Source: Dendrobates tinctorius
Taxonomy: Eukaryota
Assembly: GCF_039654945.1 (NCBI RefSeq)
Contig: NW_027361739.1
Coordinates: forward strand, 17,546,001 to 17,610,000
Length of the DNA: 64,000 nt
Direction: 5' to 3'
Shown here: in pieces, positions 54,163-64,000 of the stretch
Layout: each line of letters begins with the position of its first letter
Numbering within the stretch: the first letter of the stretch is position 1
Program-made: the position numbers and the translations under genes
The notes under the pieces: model-generated
What the model was told of the DNA's origin: nothing
Database searches by the model: none
The model's input: the letters and a program-made list of their open reading frames with translations, nothing else

Positions 54163-54276
<114 letters not shown>

Positions 54277-54287
54277 CTAGGCTGTTA

Positions 54288-54467
<180 letters not shown>

Positions 54468-54571
54468 CTACAAAGAACCCAAAAAATAAGTTTAATGCTG
54501 ACCGAGGAGGTGCAACTGTTATCTGATAGCCTGCTCCTACACTCATCTCAATGTACGCACTTCAGTACTCA

Positions 54572-54949
<378 letters not shown>

Positions 54950-56029
54950 CTAATTCTGCATTACTCCGCACTCTGGAAAAGTGGAGCTGCAGTCTGCATA
55001 TACTGAAAGGGATCCGGTCACCAGAAAAACATTAACAGATATGGGGTTAATTTGCGGGTTAATAGTGCTATTAACCCCTTAATGACCAGGGGTATTTTTG
55101 GTTTTACATTTTCATTTTTCCCTCCCCTTCTTTCCAGAGCCATAACTTTTTTATTTTTCCGTTTATATGGCCATGTGAGGGCTTATTTTTTGCGGGACGA
55201 GTTGTACTTTTAAATGACATCATTGGTTTTACCATATCGTGTACTCGAAAACAGGAAAAAAATTCCAAGTGCGGTGAAATTGCAAAAAAAGTGCAATCCC
55301 ACACTTGCTTTTTGCTTGGCTTTTTTGTTAGGGTCACTAGATGCTAAATCTCACCTGCCATTATGATTCTCCAGGTCATTACGAGTTCACAGACACCAAA
55401 CGTGTCTATGTCCTCTTTTATCTAAGTGGTGAAAAAAAATTCCAACGTTTGCTAAAAATTTGCGCAATTTTCCGAGACCCGTAGCGTCTCCGTTTTTCAT
55501 GATCTGGGGTCGGGTGAGGGCTTATTTTTTCCGTGCCGGACTGACGTTTTTAACCCCTTCACCCCCAAGGGTGGTTTGCACGTTCATGACCGGGCCAATT
55601 TTTACAATTCTGACCACTGTACCTTTATGAGGTCATAACTCTCGAACGCTTCCATGGATCCCGGTGATTCTGACATTGTTTTCTCGTGACATATTGTACT
55701 TCATGTTAGTGGTAAAATTTCATTCAAATAACTTGCGTTTATTTGTGAGAAAAACGGAAATTTGGCGAAAATTTTGAAAATTTCGCAATTTTCCAACTTT
55801 GAATTTTTATGCCCTTAAATCACAGAGATAAGGCACACAAAAAACTTGATAACTAACATTTCCCACATGTTTACTTTACATCAGCACAATTTTGGAACCA
55901 AAATTTTTTTTTGTTAGGAAGTTATAAGGGTTAAAAGTTGACCAGCGATTTCTCATTTTTACAACACCATTTTATTTTTAGGACCACATCACATTTGAAG
56001 CCACTTTGAGGGGTCTATATGATAGAAAA

Positions 56030-58350
56030 TACCCAAAAGTGACACCATTCTAAAAACTGCACCCCTTAAGGTGCTCAAAACCACATTCAAGAAGTTTATT
56101 AACCCTTTAGGTGCGTCACAGGAATTTTTTTGAATATTTAAAAAAAAATGAACATCTAACTTTTTTTCATAAAAAAAATACTTCAGGTTCAATTTTTTTT
56201 ATTTTACCAAGGGTAACAGGAGAAATTGAACTGCAAAAGCTATTGTGCAATTTGTCCTGAGTACGCAGATACCTGATATGTGGGGGGGAACGACTGTTTC
56301 GGCGCATGGCAGAGCTCAGAATGGAAGGAGCGCCGTTTGACTTTTTCAATGCAAAATTGGCTGGAATTCAGATTGGACGCCATGTCACGTTTGGAGAGTC
56401 CCTGATGTACCTAAACAGTGGAAACCCCCTACAAGTGACCCCATTTTGGAAACTAGACCCCCCAAGGAACTTATCTAGATATGTGGTGAGAACTTTGAAC
56501 CCACAAGGGCTTTACAGAAGTTTATAACGTACAGCGGTACAATTAAAAAATCATATTTTTTCCACAAAAATGATCTTTTCACCCCAATTTTTATTTTCCC
56601 AAGGGTAACAGGACCCTAAAAGTTATTGTGCAATTTGTCCTGAGTACGCTGATACCCCACATGTGGGGGTAAACCACTATTTGGGCGCATGGCAGAGCTC
56701 GGAAGGGAAGCAGCGCCATTTGACGTTTTTGGCTGGAATTGAGATCGGACACCATGTCGCGTTTGGAAAACCCCTGATGTACCAAAACAGTGGAAACCCC
56801 CCACAAATGACACCATTTTGGAAACTAGACCCCCTAAGGAACTTATCTAGATGTGTGGTGAGAACTTTGAACCCCCATGGGCTTCACAGAAGTTTATAAC
56901 ATAAAGCCATACAATTAAAAAATCATATTTTTTAAACAAAAATGATCTTTTCACCCTCAATTCTTATTTTTCCAAGGGTAACAGGACCCTAAAAGTTATT
57001 GTGCAATTTGTCCTGAGTACGCTGATACCCCACATGTGGGGGTAAACCACTATTTGGGCGCATGGCAGAGCTCGGAAGGGAAGCAGCGCCATTTGACGTT
57101 TTTGGCTGGAATTGAGATCGGACACCATGTCGCGTTTGGAAAACCCCTGATGTACCAAAACAGTGGAAACCCCCCACAAATGACACCATTTTGGAAACTA
57201 GACACCCTAACGAACTTATCTAGATGTGTGGTGAGCACTTTGACCCCCCCAGTGCTTCACAGAAGTTTACAACGCCCGGGCGTGAAAATAAAAAATTCGT
57301 ATTTTTTCCACAAACATGATCTTTTAGTCACCATTTTTTTATTTTCCCAAGGGTACCAGGAGAAATTGGACCCCAAAAGTTGTTGTCCAATTTGTCCTGA
57401 GTATGCTGATACCCCATATGTGGGAGAAAACTACTGTATGGGCACACGTCGGGGCTCGGAAGGGAAGTAGTGACGTTTTGGAATGCAGACTTTGATGGAA
57501 TGGTCTGCGGGTGTGATATTGCCTTTGGAGAGCCCCTAATGTACCTAAACAGTGGAAACCCCCCACAAATGACACCATTTTGTAAACTAGACCCCCCAAG
57601 GAACTTATCTAGATGTGTGGTGAGCACTTTGACCCCCCCAGTGCTTCACAGAAGTTTACAACGCCCGGGCGTGAAAATAAAAAATTCGTATTTTTTCCAC
57701 AAACATGATCTTTTAGTCACCATTTTTTTTATTTTCCCAAGGGTACCAGGAGAAATTGGACCCCAAAAGTTGTTGTCCAATTTGTCCTGAGTACGCTGAC
57801 ACCCCATATGTGGGAGAAAACTACTGTATGGACACACGTCGGGGCTCGGAAGGGAAGCAGTGACGTTTTGGAACGCAGACTTTGATGGAATGGTCTGCGG
57901 GTGTCATGTGCGTTTGGAGAGCCCCTGATGTACCTAAACTATTGAAACTCCCCACAAGTGACCCCATTTTGGACACTAGACCCCCCACGGAACTTATCTA
58001 GATGTGTGGTGAGCACTTTGAACCCCCAAGTGCTTCACAGAAGTTTATAACACTCGGACGTGAAAATAAAAAAATCATTTTTTTTCCACAAAAATGATAT
58101 TTTTGCCCCCAATTTTTTATTTTCCTAAGGGTAACAGGAGAAATTGGACCCCAAAAATTGTTTTGCAATTTGTCCTGAGTAGGCTGATACCCTACATGAG
58201 GGGGTAAAACACTGTTTGGGCGCATAGCAGAGCTTGGAAGGGAAGGAGCACCATTTGACTTTTTCAACTCAGAATTGGCTGGAATTGAGATCAGACGCCA
58301 TGTTGCATTTGGAGAGCCCCTGATGTGCCCAAACAGTGGAAACCCCCAAT
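56030..58350. repeat. ~373-389-bp tandem repeat (about 6 units) inside the inner element
   Basis: AAACTAGAC/ACACTAGAC anchor recurs at ~56450, 56822, 57195, 57585 and 57973. Confidence 0.9.
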
Positions 58351-58372
58351 TCTAACTCCAACCCGAACCCCA

Positions 58373-58586
58373 NNNNNNNNNNNNNNNNNNNNNNNNNNNN
58401 NNNNNNNNNNNNNNNNNNNNNNNNNNNNNNNNNNNNNNNNNNNNNNNNNNNNNNNNNNNNNNNNNNNNNNNNNNNNNNNNNNNNNNNNNNNNNNNNNNNN
58501 NNNNNNNNNNNNNNNNNNNNNNNNNNNNNNNNNNNNNNNNNNNNNNNNNNNNNNNNNNNNNNNNNNNNNNNNNNNNNNNNNNNNNN
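58373..58586. other. Assembly gap (N run) flanked by degenerate (CCCTAA)-like repeats
   Basis: CTAACTCCAACCCGAACCCCA-NNN-CCCTAGCCCTAACCCTAA. Confidence 0.95.
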
Positions 58587-61063
58587 CCCTAGCCCTAACC
58601 CTAATGGAAAAATGGAAATAAATACATTTTTTTTTATTTTATTATTTTTCCCTAACTAAGGGGGTGATAACGGGGGGTTTGATTTACTATTTATGGCGGT
58701 TTTTATGTTTGGCGGCTGTCACACGCTAAAAGACGCTTTTTATTGTAAAAATAGTTTTTGCATCACCACATATTGAGAGCTATAATTTTTCCGTATTTTG
58801 ACCCACCGAGTCATGTGAGGTCTTATTTTTTGCGGGACGAGTTGACGTTTTTATTGGTACCATTTTCGGGCACGTGAAATTTTTTGATCGCTTTTTATTC
58901 CGATTTTTGGGACGCAGAATGAACAAAAACCAGCGTTTCATGAATTTCTTTTGGGGGGGGTGCGTTTACACCGTTCCGCGTGCGGTAAAATTGATAAAGC
59001 GCTTTTATTCTTCGGGTCAGTACGGTTACAGCGATACCTCATTTAGGTCGTTTTTTTATGTTTTTGTCGGTTTTATGCAATGAAAACTATTTTATATAAA
59101 AAATAATTATTTTTGCATCGCTTTATTCTGCGAGCTATAACTTTTTTATTTTTTCACTGATGATGCTGTGAGGCAGCTCGTTTTTTGCGGGACAAGATGA
59201 CGTTTTCAGCGGTACCATGGATATTTATATGCGTCTTTTTGATCTCGCGTTATTGCACTTTTTGTTTGGCGGTATGATAATAAATCATTATTTTTTGCTT
59301 CGTTTTTTATTTTTATTTTTTAAGGGGTTCGCTAAAGGGGTTAACTAATGGGACAGTTTTATAGGGCAGGTCGTTACGGACGCGGCGATACCTAATATGT
59401 GTACATTTATTGTTTTTTTTTTTTATTATTTTAAAAAAATGAATTTATTGGGGAATATTTTTTTTTTTTTTACTAATTTATTTGGCGATTTTTTTAAATT
59501 TATTTTTACACTTTTTTTTTTATTTTTTTTACTTTATTACATAGTCCCAGGTGGGACATCACTGTCCTGTGACAGATCGCTGATCTGTCACATCACAGAT
59601 CACTGTGACAGATCAGCAATCTGTCACAGGCAGTGCACAAGGCTTCCTCATGCCTGCGCTTTGCAGGCACTGAGGAAGCCAGCTTCCCCAGGCCCCCGAA
59701 GGCCCCCGTCGCCATCTTGGATTCGGGGGCCTGGAGGATAGGAGTCCCCCGCAGCAGCGCTGCACATTGCGCTGCCGTGGGGGGCTCAGGGAAGCACGGA
59801 GGGAGCCCCCTCCCTGCCGATGCTTCCCTTTAACTCCCGGTACACCGCGATCGCGTTTGATCGCGGTGTGCAAGGGGTTAATGTGTCGGGGGCGGTCCGT
59901 GACCGCCCCTGACACATTGTGCCGGGTGTCAGCTGTGATAATCAGCTGACACCCGGCCGCGATCAGCGGCGCTCACCACGTGGGCGCCGCTGATCGCGGT
60001 AGACGTACTATCCCGTCCCCGGTCATACGGGCCCGGGTACCGTGGACGGGATAGTACGTCTCATGTCAGGAAGGGGTTAATGATACCACTTTTGTGCAGA
60101 TACGTTCTTTTGATCGCCCGGTATTGCATTTTAATGCAATGTCTTGGTGACCAAAAAAACGTAATTCTGGCGTTTTTTATTTTTTTCTCGCTACGCCGTT
60201 TAGCGATCGGGTTAATGCTTTTTTTTTTATTGATAGATCGGGCGATTCTGAACGGGGCGATACCTAATATGTGTATGTGGGATTTTTTTTTTTTACCGTT
60301 TTATTTTGATTGGGGCGAAAGGGGGGTGATTTGAACTTTTAGGTTTTTTTAATTTTTTTTTTATTTTTAAACTTTTTTTTTTTTTTTTTTACTTTTGGCA
60401 TGCTTCAATAGCCTCCATAGGAGGCTAGAAGCTTGTGCAACCCGATCGGCTCTGCTACATATGGGCGATGAGCAGATCGCCCATATGTGGCAGATTTACT
60501 GCTGTGCTTTCAGCGCCGACCACCGGGTGGCGCTGAAAGCCATATGCCTGGAACAACCATAGAGGTCTCATAGAGACCTCTGGTTGTCCAGGCAACATGA
60601 CGCCGACCCCCGATCACGTGACGGGGTCGGCGGTGACGTTATTTCCGACCCGGCGGGCGGAAATGCTATTTAAATGCACGCTGTCAGCTTTGACAGCGGC
60701 ATTTAACTAGTTAATAGGCGCGGGCGGACGGCGATTCCGCTCGCGCCTATTGCGGGCACATGTCAGCTGTTCATAACAGCTGACATGTCCCGGCTTTGAT
60801 GCGGGCTCAGCGCCGGAGCCCTCATCAAAGCAGGGGAGATGTCTGATGACGGACTGTTTCCGTCATTGGACATTAAGGGGTTAAACTGCCCGACGCATAC
60901 ACCTAGCCGGACGCTACGGAGAGGAAATTAACTTCTGGTTTCATTCATGGGGCGGCGGGGGTTCGGACACCGACTCTATTGGGGCCGGCTGTAGTCAGAT
61001 TAATAGCTTCCCTTAAAAACCACCAGGACACTACTAACCAACATAACAGATAGCACCTTAATA

Positions 61064-61462
61064 AGGAGGTCCTGTCACACTTAGCGATGTACCAGCGATC
61101 CCGACCAGTGATATGACGCGGTCAGGATCGCTGGTGCATCGCTAAGTGGTCGCTAGTGAGCTGCCACACAGGCAGATCTCACCAGCGACATTGCTGGGGA
61201 TGGGGGTCGCTACTTACCTGTCAGATGAGGCGATCCTGCGTCCTCCCGCCCGCGTCCACGCGTCGCTCGTCGGCGCCAGCAGGAAGCCCAGCAGGAAGCT
61301 GACGACAAGAAACGGTCCTGAACGTTCTCGCACGATCAGCGATAATCAGAGGAGGAGCGGTCGGAGGCAAGTATCAGACATAGCGATATCGCTGCTGCGT
61401 CACAAAACCAGTGACGTTATAGCGATATTGCTAGCGATATCGCTTAGTGTGACAGGCCCTTT
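61064..61462. mobile_element. TTAA-type MITE (same family as 362-477)
   Basis: CCTGTCACACTTAGCGA / TCGCTTAGTGTGACAGG termini. Confidence 0.7.
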
Positions 61463-63436
61463 AGTCAGTAGAACTGCTGCAATGAGCATCTATCACTATG
61501 GAAGGCTTACTGACCATGTCTGCTCACCCACTGACTATAGTGGGTGCATGCGGATACAAGAAATAACAGCCGATCTACTGGAGTCCCAGCGAACATCCCA
61601 CCATCTAAGCTGCAATACTGTGGGCTTACAGGGCTATACTTGTCTTAATTATGTCTAGCATATTCATAAGATATTCCATATATACATTTGATCGATGAGG
61701 GTCCAGGCTCTCCAGAACGGGCCACTGCTACTGTGCACGCACGGTTCTCACTAATGACATAGGGGACATCCATAATTATCCGAGCACAATGCCTGTCATG
61801 ACCGCCCATTGTATGGTAAGTACTGAATGTACAGGTCTGTCTGCTCCTTTCTGAGCAATGTGGAGCCACCCAGCCTCTGTATTACAATCAGAATGTTCAG
61901 TTCTCTGCAGGCTACATAAAACTCCACTGAGCGAAGCACATCCCCAAACTATTCTGCAATGTGGCAATGAACGCCTCCCTCAGATTGGATTCACACGTCT
62001 GACATTAAGGGTCTCCCAACCTGAACTCCACACACTTAAGTATACCTAGGAGACCTGTGGCCGGGTCGGACACTGCAGCCCACATTCGGACGTGTGAAAC
62101 CGGACTTAGGGGATTTATCATGTATGCAAATAATGGTCCGAGTATTTTCAGTGTTCTGGATTCAATGGTAGGTCAGTATTTAACATCAGTGATTTTCATG
62201 AAGGGATAAATCAATTGCACAGCTTCTATGAGAGACAGAGATTGAGATTTTTCCCCTCTGGACGGCAGAAATGATTTCAGCGTTAAATTTCCTCCTGACT
62301 TCATTCCTCCGGGCATGCGCTGTAGTAAAATGCAGATCCCCCAGTATAAAAAATGTTACATGGTCCGTCCAGGCATCTCGGCGGACGCAAAAAAATTGAC
62401 GGATCCACAAAAAAACTGATCCAACGGATGGCCATCCGTCAAGATCCGCCAGTAATGCAAGTCAATGGGGAAAAAAACGGATCCGCCCAAAAAAAAAAAA
62501 AATGGCGGATCCTTTTTTTGCAAAAACAGCGGATTTTCACTGATGGTCAAAAACGGAAGTGTGAAACAGGCCTTAGTGGTCACAAGGGCCCCTGCTATCA
62601 TGTCCTGAGAGAGCAGCCATCTTATAGCCCATCAGATGGGAGCACAGTGATCTACACTCATGGTTGTTATGAAACTACAACTCCCACCATGTACGGACAA
62701 TATTCAAGGTGACTGTTCCATTAGACAGCAAAAAGACGACACTTCCTGTGCAATACGGGAAGTGCACACTAAAGGGTAATAGCCGGTAAGTGGGGGCGAT
62801 AGATCTCTGTTATCAACCACATCAGACTAGAGCTGCTGCAATCTTCTACACAGGATGAGCTTGTGTTGAAAGATCTCTCCATCAATTACAATATTTTACA
62901 GTTATATATAACTCCGTCCGCACGGCTGATAACAGAGGACAGTATACAATAGTCACACAGAGAGGCCAATGCTCTAATGGAAAAAAGCGTGATTCGGAAG
63001 AAGCGGCCCAACGTCACTGGGACCCCCTCCCCCTTTAACGTTCCAGCACTAATGAGAAAGGCATGCAGGTCCCATCAGCCCTATCTGCACACCCACCAAC
63101 CACACGGTTAACCTTTTCACCACCAAATATAGGAACCCTCAGCTGTAGGAAATGTGAGGCGGGAGCACTTCTGCAGGTAAAAATATCAGGACAGTTACAA
63201 GGGTGACACTCCTGACCTCACAGATGAGGCTAATCCTACTGACACGTTACCGTCCTCACAGGACACAAAGTCGATCTAAATTTATACTACTGTGCAGGCA
63301 AGATGCAATCTAATGCTCCCTGTTATCAGCCAATACAAGCTGGGCCCATAGGGATAGTGTCCTCCAGTACATATTGATCTGTGTGGTCCACAAATGAATC
63401 CTGCCCCCCATAACCAACATTTTTACCTCCACATAC

Positions 63437-63925
63437 ATACAGCAGGTTAAAAATATTGAACATCTCACCAATTTTCTAAGTAAGTATGGTGCATTGTTGT
63501 TCTTTACACTTCCCAACAGCGATCACTGGAGCATTCAGTAGTTTAGGAATTCTTCTGTAACCAATGCCATCAGTATGTTTTCCAACAATAAGGTTGTGAT
63601 GGTCTTGAGACAGCTCACTTACTAGTGGCACGTTTGTAATGAGACACCTTTTTATAGGCCAAAAGTTGAACCAGCTGATATTTTTCACTAAGTGACAGGA
63701 TTGTTTTCTAATTACTGATAGAAACTTAGCCATGACATCATCTGAAATCTATGACTTTTTGCACCTCTCATTCATGTGCTCAATACTTTTTCCCTGTGTC
63801 AATTCCCATTGTTACACATAATTTACGGACATCTATGTATTGATTTCTTTGCCTGTGTGGACTGGATGGGTTGTTGTAGACATCTGGTAAGAATTTCATG
63901 TCAATAGCCCCTTTAGAAGTGTATC
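63437..63925 (-). mobile_element. Internally deleted Tc1 remnant
   Basis: Minus-strand ELSQDHHNLIVGKHTDGIGYRRIPKLLNAP (Tc1 N-terminal HTH) with TACAG...AAAATATTGAACA and CAATACTTTT TIR-like motifs. Confidence 0.55.
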
Positions 63926-64000
63926 TAACACAGCTCTAATCCCAGCTGGTCAATGAATGACAATCTCATTTATTGCAGGACGCCGGATATTAACGCAGGG

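Larger units (their letters stand above)
55554..60076. mobile_element. Non-autonomous piggyBac-like element (inner)
   Basis: TTAA|CCCCTTC...GAAGGGG|TTAA; removing it restores continuous outer-element sequence. Confidence 0.78.
55075..60880. mobile_element. Non-autonomous piggyBac-like element (outer) in PRELID3B intron 1
   Basis: TTAA|CCCCTTAATGACC...GGACATTAAGGGG|TTAA. Confidence 0.78.

Noticed and set aside
56167-58267. Repeated 60-140-aa ORFs
   Set aside because: Products of the ~380-bp tandem repeat; no transposase motifs
58350-58604. True telomere or chromosome fusion site
   Set aside because: Degenerate repeats in one orientation, embedded in a transposon within a gene intron
55000-64000. 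PRELID3B exon 1 (MKIWTSEH...)
   Set aside because: No matching sequence found by eye; probably beyond the window end

Overview
Vertebrate genomic DNA, most likely an anuran given its MITE, Helitron and V-SINE landscape (inference). It holds the conserved CTSZ-TUBB1-ATP5F1E-PRELID3B block: CTSZ exon 1 (minus), complete TUBB1 (plus, 4 exons, 457 aa), complete ATP5F1E (minus, 51 aa, with a 3'UTR intron) and PRELID3B/SLMO2 exons 2-6 (minus). CTSZ exon 1 lies between a 54-bp minisatellite made of ZNF143/THAP11-like motifs and a 9.2-kb G-rich 35-bp minisatellite; these arrays generate most of the long spurious ORFs. The rest is dense, nested transposon sequence: an ORF-intact Tc1 (DD34E), a degraded Tc1, many TTAA MITEs, nested piggyBac-like elements, V-SINEs and a foldback-like element with a solo LTR. 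The most interesting object is a 5.4-kb Gypsy-type LTR element (1.3-kb LTRs, AGTA TSD, tRNA-Ser PBS, PPT). It has no pol but encodes a now-disrupted ~485-aa protein with a cold-shock (OB-fold) nucleic-acid-binding domain. It is nested inside a Helitron, which is inside a hAT MITE.
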